Below are positions 1-12,218 of a DNA stretch of 64,000 nt, piece by piece. Within the stretch, counting starts at the first letter, position 1; each line of letters begins with the position of its first letter. Below the pieces are notes generated by a model. That model ran no database searches, had not been told where the DNA came from, and worked only from the letters and a program-made list of their open reading frames with translations. Origin of the DNA: Anthoceros angustus. Its lineage: Eukaryota; Plantae; Anthocerotophyta. Both the position numbers and the translations under genes were made by a program. The DNA is taken from assembly GCA_010909165.1 (NCBI GenBank), contig VJWM01000281.1:1-64000 (forward strand). The letters run 5' to 3'.

Positions 1-189
1 CGATTGCTGGATGGCAAGAGGAATCGGGCGCCGCCTGCAGAAGAAGGCGGGAAGGTACTTGCCCCAAAGGTCAAGGCGGGAAGGTACTTGCCCCAAAAGT
101 CGGGAGTCGAGGTGGGAAGACCAGCTGAGAAGACCAGCAAAGGGGATGAGAAGACCAAGGAAAACAGCAAGAAGATAAGGAGGGGTCAA

Positions 190-1328
190 TGACCATAAAT
201 GAGCTTTGGGGAATGGGAAGGATAGGTGGTGGGTTGGCAACATTAATATAGGTGAAGTTGCTAGAATAGAATTTACCTAGGATCGGAGAGTAGACTTAGA
301 TGCCGGGCCTTAAATCTTGGCGGTAGGAAATAATAGAATATTGGAAAAGGTGACTGCGTTAGGGTCACCCAAGGGAGGTATGTGGAAGGCCTCCTATAAG
401 AGGAGGAGGATTTCACAAAGTAAAGTATCATGTCTTGCGCTTCCACGCTCATGAGTCCTTTGCCATTCTGGAATTTCGTGCGGTGTGAGCCAACGTGGTA
501 GAGAGGAAGTCGCGGTGGTGGGTGCTTGGTGGAGGACTTGCTCATGCAAGTGCCTAAGCAGTTGCTCCCCTTGTGAATGGTTCTTTGTGAAATTGCTTTG
601 CTTTGGGTGTGTGGCAAATGCCCGGAGAACTCTCGGCTTGAGGGTAGACTGGGGAAAGACTCACGGAGGTTCTCATTGTCAGTGTCAAACTCATAGCCCA
701 AGGAAGAACTTCTTTGGTGGAGGCGACCCTTGTGCAGTAAGGCGAGTCGAAACGAAAGCCCAGCGAGGTTAGACTAGGAGGAAGAGGATGAGGAGATGAG
801 AAGATGAGTAGAGGATTAGAGGTGTAGGTGTTGGTGGAAGGCCAGGCGAGCCTAAGGACGAATCCCAAATCTGCAAGTAAAGCGGCGCTCCACAGGTGGA
901 GAAGAGTAGTCTTAAGTAGGGACGAAATCGCGGTGTGAACCGGGGTCACAGGCGTGTGAGGCTCCTTCTTGCGAGGCGGGACACCAATTGGTGTGTTGTG
1001 TCGTTGTAGGTCGAGTTTGGTCTTAAGTAGGGCCAATCGCGGTGTGAACCGGGGGTCCACAGGCGCGTGAGAGGCTCCTCTTGAGGACCATAATTATTTT
1101 GTGTCGTTGTGGGTCGAGGTTGGCGGCAAAGCGGTGCAAGTGGTGTTTGTGAGTAGGGCGCCTTGCTTGTTGAGAAGGGTGAGAGTTGTCGGTGGCGATT
1201 GGTGACCACAAGGCCTCGAACTTTCACACAAGTCTCATGGGGCCGAAACCCAGCGTCTGGCGGCGTGGGATAAGTGTAGCCGCTATAGTGGGAGGACACG
1301 AGGGGCGCCCAGGAATTCTCCCTACCAT
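190..1328 (+). mobile_element. 3' part of a long LTR related to the 3.9-kb LTR family, in the opposite orientation
   Basis: Reverse-complement similarity to 3941-5160: 571-650 ttgtgaatggttctttgtgaaattgctttgctttgggtgtgtggc mirrors gccacacacccaaagcaaagcaatttcac, and 1268-1328 mirrors the LTR terminus. Ends ...ccctacca, after which the satellite resumes. Left extent is uncertain and probably runs off the window. Confidence 0.75.
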
Positions 1329-3940
1329 GGTACATTAGGGCTTAGGGCGGGGAGCAGACAAGCCTTGTCATAGATTAGGGCTTATCCGACCAGAAAGGTA
1401 GTTAATATAAGCGGCATCCTACGAGATGGGCACTTACGAGGGAGTGGCAAGCTGGGGGAGATCTCTTGGATCTTGGGCAGATCTGAGTAGCCCGCGCCCT
1501 TGTCAAACACGTGTTCAAATATTTGACTCACCTTGTTCTTGACTAGAGTATGCCTAACTCGGTTGTTGATCCTAGGTTAGTCTCTCAAGCTAACTAGCCA
1601 GTACATCCTATAGCTAGCTAGCTATTGCTTCGCAGCCTATGCCGGATGCCGCCCGGCCTACGGGGATTAGCAGCTCATATGTCCATCATAGCCTCATGAT
1701 CGACTATGTCCTTCACGGTGGAGCTTGCTCAATCCACGTGACGAAAAGCTCATACACTCTTAAGTGCACAAGCACGAAGCAATTGTAACTATGGTTGATA
1801 TAAACATAATTTCTAAGAAGGCACAAGTTGGTCTTGAAGATGGGTCTGTGTCTTGTATTCGGCACCATTCTTGCATTTTTGAGACATGTTGTATGATTCC
1901 CCAATGTGCCAAGAGATTATTCTTTTACTTGTTCAAACATGAAGATCACTTTTTGGTCTTTGCCCTCTTCCTCTTCTTGGCATTTTCGGCTGATTTGTGG
2001 AGCAACCCACTAATGTTTCATTATAACTTATTTCAAAAACTTTAATCAAATCCAAACATATACATATGTCCAAGCAGTTCATCAAAGTGCGTGGAGGAAA
2101 ATGCAAATGCTAGCCTAGTCTAGAAAAATAATGAGTTTTGCTTTCTCACCGTCTTCTTGGACCGTCACCCGGTAGTAATGAATCGATTGCGCTTAGGCTA
2201 TGAATATCGGCCTCAAAATATTTTCACAGCGCCGACGCGAGGCCCCGACCCTCGCCTTAAATCTTCTTGTTCAAGGTACAATACACTATTTCAAGATCGC
2301 AGAAGTGGACATTTGAAAGGTCCTTGAGATAGCTTTGCACACGACTTTTGTGATTTTTGGTTTTGCCCACTCTTACGCTTGTTTCTCAATGTCTCTTACG
2401 TGGAGTTAGGCTCTTTATTTTCTTGGGATCAAAAAACGAAAGGAGTTACTAAGTTCAATCGTGGTATTTGTTCACACGATGGAACATATATAGTCTTTCT
2501 TTCCGGTGAAATTTCTCGGTATTTATTCAAAGATATTTACAAGCCAGCTCACAAAAAAACCCTATTGTGGCTATCATGATGTGCAAGCTTGATCACATGT
2601 TGCTCACCCTAATAAACCCCCACGGTCCTAGTTCATGTAGTTCAAATCCACTTGGCCAACTACTAGTTGAACTCGCAATTCAACGACGCCTTAGAATTGC
2701 GGTCAGGAGGTCTTTACTATGTAGAAAAGGTTTTTTTTTTGGTTGGAAGTTTCATGCCAATTTGGTTAAAAAGTAATGTTTGGGTCGGACCGTTCGATGA
2801 TAGTTCATACATGCCACATAAGCAATCATGCTTTAGTAGAGAAATTAATCCAAAATAGAATGGGTGTAGTTTCTCTTTCATGTAAACTAAGACTAAGCTT
2901 GAACTATCATTGAACTACTAGTTTGGCATGGACCTCGTCTAATCCGTTACTGCGTTCTCTTTGCACTTTTGAATAGGTTTTCAAAGTTTTGGTGTTTCAT
3001 ACTTAAGATGGGGTATTGTTATTCTTCTTCTATTTATCTATCTAGGTACATGACTAGCATCAACAAATCCATCAATTGCAAGAATGTATCCAACTCGATG
3101 GACGATAAACACCAACAATATTTTTGCCAACTTCATTGCTAGTTCTAAATAAAGCTCCAAAACCTACATTATTTACATCGTCCTCGAAATTAGCATACAA
3201 TGAGCCTAATTGTGTCTTCGTGATATGTGGGGCGTAGTTTGATCTTGGCATGCAAGTCCTTGCACTACATGTCGGTACTAGGTGCTTCTTTGACTACTTG
3301 ATCCCACTCCTCGTGAGACAAGTTTTATGAGCCTCCAATGCGCCATGTGATTATTCATTACTTGGCCAATCACGATGATTACTTTTTGGTCTTTGCCCCT
3401 TTTCTATTCTTGGAATTTTGGTGATTTGTTGAGTAGCCTACCAACCACGGGACCGTGATCCAAGGGGACGAGCATAGTCTCGATGAGCTAAGCACACCTA
3501 ATCGACGAGCGACCAGAGATGGTGGATGCGGCAAGGGAGGCTGGCTTGCGACTAACCATAGTCGTGTAGCCTAGGTTAACTCACTAGAGCATAGTTAGCA
3601 AACCGTGAGTCAAGAACCTCGGGTTACACAAATTGGACATGGAACCACTGACCGCGAGGCTACAAGTCACACGCGCCAAGATCAAGAAGACTCTCTTCTT
3701 CATGCCCCTCGCCTCCCATGATCGAGGCCCTCGTCATGCGCCATATATGGTATCAAAGCCTATCCATCGATGCGGCCGATGTTCTTGAAGATCTCAATGC
3801 CTTTGGGTGGATCAAAAGAAGGAGATATGGGAGCTACGTGCGATCGGCATGTTGGGGCTTAGCGAGCAGACAAGCCTTGTCATAGCATTAGGGCTTATCC
3901 GACTTCTAGGCGGTTAATATAAGCGGCATCCTACGAATGG
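1329..3940. repeat. ~2.5-kb ELF1-bearing macrosatellite, tract 1 (about one unit)
   Basis: Same sequence order as the units at 33679-48757. Confidence 0.95.
2115..2381 (-). pseudogene. ELF1: Elf1-family copy 1 (ATG region missing, indels; may be consensus error)
   Basis: Homologous to 41872-42147; plus-strand cccatg is absent at ~2381. Confidence 0.75.
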
Positions 3941-6900
3941 TGTGGGAGGAAAACCCGGGCTTAGATTCACCCTCTAGTGGCCACACTTATCCTTGTCGCT
4001 AAGTACAATAGGTTTCGTCCCATGAGACTCTTGTTTGTCGGTCACCGGCATCAAGGCACAAACCACGCCTCTTCCACACCCCAAGCTCCCTCACAGTGGA
4101 GCAACTTCAACTCACTCCCACAGACGGCCACACCTCACCATCAATCACCGCTTCTAGACCTACAGCGACACCCCTCGACTATGAGTCCACCCCGGTGAGT
4201 CGGTGACTACGCCACGTGGGACCCCCTACGTTGCAGCGACTTCACCACCCGTGATGTCCACTTCCCTTTCCCATCGCCTTCCCACAATTGGCACACCCCT
4301 CAACCACCAACTCTAGCATGCCTCCACTCGTCGGATCTCGCTCCTGGACCTACAGCGACATCCTACGGTCGTGGGTCCCATGTGATAGGTCCAGTCTCCT
4401 TGCGTAGGGACCCCCTCTGGCGACTTCTCCACCCGTGATTTTGAGACCTTAGCCCGGCTTCCGGTCTCGGTTTGGTGCAGATTTGGGACCCCTCCTTAGG
4501 CTCGACTTGGGCCTTCTTCTTACTCTAATCTCTACCTACTCCTCTACTCAACATTCAGCTCCACATTCTCCTCAACACTCACCTCAACTCAACTCCTCAT
4601 CCTCCTAATCTAACCTTACTTCAAGCTCAGCTGGCCCTATTCATACAGCTGTGCACAGAGTGCGCCTACAAGCCAACAAGTTCTTCCTTGGGCGGGGTTG
4701 CTATGAGTTTGCACGACAATGAGAACCTCCAGGAGTCTTTCCTGTAGTCTACCCTCAAGCCGAGAGTTCCTTGGGCATCGCCACACACCCAAAGCAAAGC
4801 AATTTCACAGTAACCATTCACAAGGGAGCAACCTGCGGGCGCTCGCAGGGCGAGCTCTCCCAAGCACTCCGACCACACAAACTCCCTCTCTAGACCTTCG
4901 TTAGCTTGCACGGCACGAACTTCCTTCACAAGGAGCAAAGGACTCGCGAGGTGGGAGCGCAAGACACGATAATTTTACTTCACAAGCTCCCTCCTTTTAG
5001 GGAGGTCCTCACATGACCTCCCACAGCGCGCCCTCCTGCCTCACTCCTTATTTTAGTGTATCCTCCTATCGAGTTTTAAGTTCGACATCCAAGCATCTTG
5101 GGTAAAATTCTATTCTAGCAAATTCACCTGTGAGCCTTAAGCCTTAATGGCTCATCAACATTCCTATCTAGCTAGTCAACACACCCCTCTTTGGGTTGAC
5201 AAGCATTGTCCTCCTCTAAAGAAAGTCTCTCCCCAAGCAATGAGCCCACACTCCAAGCTACCACCAACCCCTTCAATTACCTCTAGATGTCGTCGCACCG
5301 CTGGTGATCCCTCGGATGTGGGCCACCCTCTACACCTCTCCCGGACGTAGGGTCACTTCTTATGGCCCCTACGCCTCCACACTCTCCTTTGCAAGAAGGT
5401 CTCCGTGGCGGATCTTGCTCCATGCCTTCCTCTTCCTCCTCCGAGTCATCCTCTCGGCCTTCCCTCGGATGTGTTGGGCATCCGGCCCCAGATCGGTCCC
5501 CTATTCTCCAGTTCCTCAAGTTCCTCTTCTCCACGGCTCCCTAGCAACCAACTTGCCCTTCTTGAGGTGCGCTTTCACCATCTTGCACCTTCAAAATAAG
5601 CACAAAGCTTGGGCACACCCACCTTGTTTCCACCTAGTCGTCACCTCGGTGTCTACACACAATTGCGAGATTTCTTCACTTGCCACAAAATCCACCAAGA
5701 GAGCAACTTCAGCCCTTTTCCACTTACTTCCTCTTCACTCCACGGTCCCACCTAGCTCAAACTTGATGTCCTCCCACAACTCCTTATGCCCAAATCCCTC
5801 ACTTGCAAGGTCCTAGGCACAAAAATTCAGCTCCTGCCCCTCTTGATTGTGCTTCAAATCCCTTCACACAACTCCTTATGCACGCACACCTCCTTCTCCT
5901 TGCACACATGACGGTTCTCACCAAGTCCTTGTCCTAGCTTTCCTTTGCATTCCTTTGCATGCACAAGCTCTTAGTGCAAGCTCTTCTCAATTCGCGGGCT
6001 TCCTAGGTGCCACTCCTACACACCCGCTTGCATGGCCACACCCTACACTACCACTACCCACATATTTATGTTTTATTATTACTTCCTAGGTTTGTACACC
6101 TTTGTCGGAAATCTTGCTTCCCTTACCCATCTTAGGGGTGTCGCACCCACTTGTTGCCCATAGATCCTCTCCACTCCCTACGGTGGGAGACCTCACCACT
6201 CCCTATGGTAGGGAGACACTCTCATCCTACCTATCTACCTACCTAACTAATGCCCATAGGGCCCCCAGCACCCTACATCCTACGCATCTACATCCCCTAC
6301 TTGTTCCCTACCTCGGTAGGGCCAATTTTCTGTGGACACGTCCTACCCATATACACTTGACACATGAATACGTGAATACACATACATACATACAAGTGCA
6401 CCTCCCTTCACCTCCGTGGTGCACCTCCTCCTCCGTAGGGCGCACCTCCTCCCTACGTGGGAGTGCCATGCCCCTCGTCCACTACCATCCTACGTTCTCC
6501 TCGTGCCACACACGCACCACATGCCCCTACTGTCCATGTACCCCTCTCCATTCTTGTGGGGCCAACTGTCACCCTACACCTACCCCTCGTGGGGCTCTCA
6601 TGTGACCACACCAAATATAATAAGTTGAAACACCTCACACAAAATGCCCCATCTCTTGATCCACCCCTAGGACGCTTAACTCTGAGTTCTTACATTCATA
6701 TCCAACACACCAAATTGGCTCACAACACAACGAATAACGGATTATTCCCGGTGAACTCCATCTCGTACCAACCCTCATGCCCCATTCTCCTCGCACCTGG
6801 CCTCCCTTCACTTTGACTTGCATTGCACTGCAAATTCCGCCGTCATGATGCACACCCGTTGGCAGATCCCTTCACCATGTTGCATTACACCGCAACCGCC

Positions 6901-7800
6901 TTCCTATGGTTTGGCCACACACCTCCATCTTGACCCGGCTACAAATTCAACCTATGAGTGCTCTACCATGGCCTTTCCTAGTTCAACACACGCCTATCAT
7001 GCCATCCTCCCATTGACTCCGCGAGCACTTCCATGTGCCTCGGCACCATGGCCTCCTCTTGCAACCCTTGTGGCTGCTCACCTCAACATGAGCTCCTCGC
7101 TCCCATCCTTGCCAATTCGCTCCTCTCTCGCATCTTGAGCTCCCAACCTAGAGCCCTAGCGGATCCTGCACAATTCCACCATTACGGCACTTGGCCCATC
7201 TTCCTATGACCCTTGCCACACATCTACCTAGCAGTCCTCCTTCTTGCAAAATCTCTCAGCAATATGAGCACACCATGTCTCACTTCTTCCACACATGTGG
7301 CAAATTACTTTGCCTTCCCCTCAAACTTGGTGGTGGTCCCCAATAATCGGGCCTTTGCCTCAAAGCCTATCAGCAGTGCAACAACCTTCCTTGGCTTAAT
7401 TGCCTTCACCCTTTTCCTACCGTGGTAGGAGCTACTCTGGCCGTGGTCGTCATCAAGCTAGCTGGGCGGCTTACCTGAGTTGGTGGGACATTCTCCTACC
7501 CATACCTATGGGGTAGGAGTTCTCTCACCAGCCTACCGTGGTAGGAGTTTCTCCTCGGTGGTAGGATACCTCCATGGTAGGACATCTCCCCGTTCACATA
7601 TCTCTACCCTCCTCACTAGAAGGTCATTTGATCCGTTTCTTTTCCCTAAGTATCCTCTGCCTTCTGACATCCTCTGACTCCGGCTTCAATCGAACAAAAA
7701 CATTTCTCGCATGTTTCCACCAAACCATTTCTATCAAAAGCATTCGGACTGTTCAAAAACAACTCACTTAAACCGATTGCCCAAACTTTTGCGTTCCACA
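3941..7800 (-). repeat. 3' LTR (3860 bp) of element copy 1
   Basis: Begins tgtgggaggaaaaccc, ends ttttgcgttccaca; repeated at 12219-16085. Confidence 0.88.
6360..6393. repeat. (CATA/CATGAATA)n microsatellite inside the long LTR
   Basis: acatgaatacgtgaatacacatacatacataca; also at ~14651-14690, ~21970-22005 and ~32281-32330 with variable length. Confidence 0.8.
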
Positions 7801-7813
7801 TACTCCCTCCTCA
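7801..7813 (-). promoter_or_regulatory. Polypurine tract
   Basis: Plus strand tactccctcctca = minus strand tgaggagggagta, abutting the TG start of the 3' LTR; same at 24116. Confidence 0.75.
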
Positions 7814-8239
7814 CTGTTTGCGTCCTACAAACAACAGATACCTCGTGAAGGTACTTCTTAACCTTCCACCCATTCACTCTAGTTGGTAGCAAATCCCCAT
7901 CCGGCTACGTGTTTGCGGATCCATTCTCATACTGCCACCACCGGTCCCATCATCTCCTAAGCTTCCACAAAATCCATGTAACGACCATCATATAGAAGAA
8001 CCAAATCCCGGCCATGATAGCCTCTTGCTTAATTCCCATCATGCCTCTCCTTTCTAAGCTCCGAATTTGGGTTTCTTCTAAAGCCTCTTCTACGTTCCTC
8101 ATGCTCTATGAAAGACTCTAGTCTAACTACGACTCTCCTCTGCATGCTCATCCTCCATGATTCTAGGTAGGTACCTCAAATTCAGCATCACGGAGACATC
8201 ATATGTTAAATAATAGGAGTCTTCTTGGTCACTTTCTCA

Positions 8240-8500
8240 TCTGTAAGCCCACAATGCACATCTAAGATCTTCTTCACCATGATTTACCTTTAATAATGGC
8301 CTCCAACCTCTGCATGCCTTCTTTAGGAAGAAGCTTCCTTCCTTCAAACAACGTCGGATCTTCTCATCCAAACCAAGCTTGTATAAGACCCCATCTCTTA
8401 GACAATGGCCTGACTCTAGGGAGAAACGGCACGCCCTTCCCTAGACAAACTATCCGGCATGATTAGTGCTCCAAGAAATTTCATACCTCACCATTCATAA
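8240..8500 (-). pseudogene. Truncated integrase N-terminal (zinc-binding region) remnant
   Basis: The equivalent segment in copy 2 (ORF 24580-24804) reads YCLRDGVLYKLGLDEKIRRCL, then with frameshifts GGHY..MVKKILD. This fits the pre-HHCC region of Tat/Athila pol. Confidence 0.65.
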
Positions 8501-10249
8501 CGTGGACATGGGAGTCCTTCACGTTCTAACCTCCTCTTCCCATGCACTTTTCGCCTTCTTGCCCCGCCCACAGCGGACACGGGGGCGTGCGCATGTACAT
8601 TATGACCCGTGGGCCGCGCAGCTCCTTGCCGGCTGCGGTATCACGCTGCGGTCGTCAACTTGCTCTTCTTGCAGCGGTGGTCACCGCCATGATAACCTTA
8701 GGCTCTGGCCCGAGCTGCTCGCGCTCCTCGACAATACTCGACATGCCGTACCTCCACAAAAGTGGCTTCCTTGGCCGCCCATGAATTCGCCAATTCCTTT
8801 TCTGCAAGCTCCCCTTGATCGCGGTTTCTTCACGCTCCTTTCCATGCACACCATCCTCGAGCCGTCCCTACTCGAGGCTCCATCATACTCTTCCCACACC
8901 GCCATGTGTGGGAGTCCCTCCTTTTCTCCGTTTTCTCTTCTCCCTTTGCCAACCGTGGCCTCCACTTGCAGCCCTCTTGTTGCTCACCCTTTCTCCTCGC
9001 TCGGAATCCCCAATTCATTAGGTTGCGGCATCTCACGCACAAAACTCCCTTCACGGATCCTTGGCTTTCCAAGCATCAAGACTTGCTCTTGACCTCTAGG
9101 CCAGCCACGCCTTGCTTGTTTCCATCTAGCTTGTTCACGGTGGATGTTGGTGCTGGCCACAACCCGCCTTCAACTCGGCTCACAAAACTAGCTTCTCCAC
9201 CTTGCGTCGATCTGCGGGCATCAGATGCAGTCGTGGACACATGCATCATCTGGTACACCATCTCCCGACCTTCTAGACTCATGTCTGGCCCTAGATCACG
9301 CTCTAGCAGCGATCTCACGTTCTGCGGTTTCACGGCAATTTCCTGTCGACCGTGAATTGGTCGGCTCCTTCTTGCAATTCCACTTTGCAAGCATATCTTG
9401 AGGTGTGATTTCTCCACAATCCTCCTTCATACACATCACCATAGAGCCATCCTCGCTCCACAGGCTCTAGCGCAGACTCCTCGGCACACCATTTTTGTGT
9501 GCTTCTCCTTCCTCCAATTGCGATTTCTTCGCAATTTCTCCATCATCCTTGCCACCGTTGTGGTCTCTTGCTAGCTCGCTTGCAAACCCAGGGACGTTGT
9601 TGCTGACGGCATGCTCAACCTCATTCACAAAACCGTTTCCTCCACGCCAATCTTGCCAAGTTTTACTTGCGGTCCGGTTGTGACTCCTTCCAACCAAGTT
9701 CCGATTTCCTCCCTTCTTGTTGGCCTAGCCTCATGTCCAGGTCCAGATTGCTCCCATGGCGACCTCCTCGCCTTGCTGCACCTCCATGGTCGAATTTTGA
9801 GTGATTGCCCAGATCGCCAACTCTCTCTCCCTCGGTTTGCTCAAACTTTTCATGAAGCGCATCTCCTCCTTCGCCCTCTGGCGTGTCCACCTCCCTAGGG
9901 CCTTCTCCTCCTCGCGGCCTCATGGCGCCCGACCTCGCCAAGTGGGGCGCCTTCCTATTCGCAGTGCTCATGTCGTTTTGCTTCTTTCTTTGCCATCGTG
10001 ATGGCCTCCACTTGCAGCCCTCCGACTGCTCACCCTTGAGGATCATTTCAGCCTCCTCTCGGCCCATGCTGGCGCCCTCTTATCCTCTCTCGGTTCCAGT
10101 TGTCCTGCTGCGGCTTTTTCCACTCGCTCCTTCTTGCTCATTTGGCCTCTCTGCTGGCAACAAGTCTTGCTGATCAATTCTTAGGCTGTCTACAACATGC
10201 TCACGTCCTCCCCCCGACTGTGGCAACCAACTCCTCGTCGAAATCGGTC

Positions 10250-10900
10250 ATCGTGGCCTCAAGTCGTTTCCGGTTTTCGTAGAAAAGACTTCATTCACAT
10301 GTTGCTCCCCACTTCTTCAACTCTACCATCTCCTCTACACCTAGGTACTTAGAAATCCTTGCTACCTTACCGGACTCTAGCTCGTCTTCTATAGCATCAT
10401 ACATTCCCTCCCGAACTTCTCGAACTTTTATCGGGAAAGGTCACTCCTTGCGGACGTGGTGGTACTCTCTTGAAGTAACCATAAATCCCTCACATAATCA
10501 TACAAAGACTCCCCCTCTTCCTTGTGAGTTCTCAACGGACCAACATGTGATCTCGTTTCTTCTCCCCAAATCTCACACGCTGGTGGCTGTGGGGTGGCCC
10601 GACTCCCACCACCTCAGCTTCCTCCTATCATGGTCAAGGGCGTCCACAAAACTATGGGCACACCTCCCAGCAATTCCATGGCGGTAAACAAATCTTGCAA
10701 GCGGGATGTACTATACAGACTTGGGCACACAAGCGCCTCATCCTCCTAACAAGCAAGGTTGAAAGGGCAGCAAGATGGGCAATAATTGATCAAGACCTTG
10801 CGAAGCTGACCATTAGATTTCCATACCCCAACTTCTCCCTTTGCCAAATCTCACCCTCTTGCCTTCCTCCTCTACGACAAAATCGAGCTAGAAGAGCTCA
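10250..10900 (-). pseudogene. gag-like remnant (frameshifted)
   Basis: Minus-strand ...HKEEGESLYDYVRD... near 10480-10530 resembles the retrotransposon gag Q-x-x-GESL-x-DY motif; lies downstream of the PBS. Confidence 0.45.
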
Positions 10901-12197
10901 ACAATCCACGCGAAAAAGTCCTCCTCTTGCGAGAGCGGAAGATGTACCTTGAAATTACTAACGTGGCTCGGATTCTTGACCCTCACCCTTGATCGCAACT
11001 CCTCGGCAACAACCCTTCCTCTTGTTGTCCAGCACAACCTCCTCCTCCTCTTAGACAACTACCTCTTCTTCCTCAACGGAACCCTTGAAAATGTTAGCAC
11101 ATGTAGCTTCCTCTTGCAAGAGTTCTCTCCTCCGCTTCTTCCTTTGCACATCACAGCTAAGCTTTCTTCATGCACATGATTTCTCCATTCAGTTCACAAA
11201 TCCCTTGCGGACAAAGATGGGGTGATCTCCTCTCAACTCCTACGAAATTACTTCCTCCCTCCCAGGCTAGACCCAAGCACGCTCACACCCCTCAACACAC
11301 AACTATCCAAACAAAATCCCCTCCTACTCCTGTTCCACTCATGTTGCTTGGTCCAGATGAGCTAGGCGAACTCACACTCCCTTCCTCTCCTGCGGAGTAA
11401 ATTCTCCAACCAAAGTTCTCTGCAGAAGGGTGTCTGCACAAAAGATTGGGGACGGTTGTGGGATGGTGTCTCCCTAGGTGTGCGTCCCAAGACTGTGAGC
11501 TGAGCGATTTCTATCAAGGTGCTCCATAAGATCTTGACCACGCGAAATTCCCCACTGCTCACCCACCTTCTTCACTTCTGTTTATTGAAGTTGAGCTAGA
11601 TCCACCTCAAGGTCCAGCGTTGAGAAGGCCCGGTCTGGTAGCTGAATTTGAATCGCACTCAAGAAATGGTGCCTCCTCTCTCGCTTTCCTCTTCATACAC
11701 CAACTCCTCTTCAACCACCTCCTTTATTTGTTGTTAGTGATTTCCATCCCTTCTCGGGGGTTTTCTTCCAGTTCTTGCCTCCCCTTGCGAGGCAAGGCAA
11801 AAGCAACCTCCTCCTCAGCGCCCTTGTCTCCTCCTCCTCCCAAGGCAGCCGTGCAAGCACTTGCGTTTTCCTCCCTCAATTGATTTCTTCTTGCGGCTCG
11901 GATCTCTTGCGATGGCCGGTGGGGGTGACCTCCTCGGCTTTCTCCTCGTCCTCCCTCACTGACATCGCAAGCGTCCTCATAGCCTCCAACACCGGATGGT
12001 CAAAGAAAAATCAGCCCCGACTCGGCCACGGCGTTTTGCTGAGAACACACAAATCACACCATTCGGGGAGCGTGGGCTCCTCCTTCCTTGCACGGGTTCC
12101 AGGACGTGAGCTTCTTCCTAGACCCCGCTCCACCTCCTTACAAGATCTTCCGGCTCTTCTCAAGCTAGCGAAAATCTCAAAATTTCAACGTTCATCA

Positions 12198-12214
12198 ACA
12201 AGTCCACAGCGCCA
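12198..12214 (-). promoter_or_regulatory. Primer binding site (TGGCGC...)
   Basis: Minus strand: LTR end ...cccaca, tttt, then tggcgctgtggac; copy 2 has tggcgctcgggac at ~28730-28742. The tRNA cannot be identified. Confidence 0.6.
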
Positions 12215-12218
12215 AAAA

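Noticed and set aside
1764-2045. Recurring plus-strand ORF (MHKHEAIV...FALFLFLAFSADLW...) in each unit
   Set aside because: No recognisable domain, non-ATG or variable starts; recurrence is explained by the repeat, and the opposite strand has the more plausible (LINE-like) signal.
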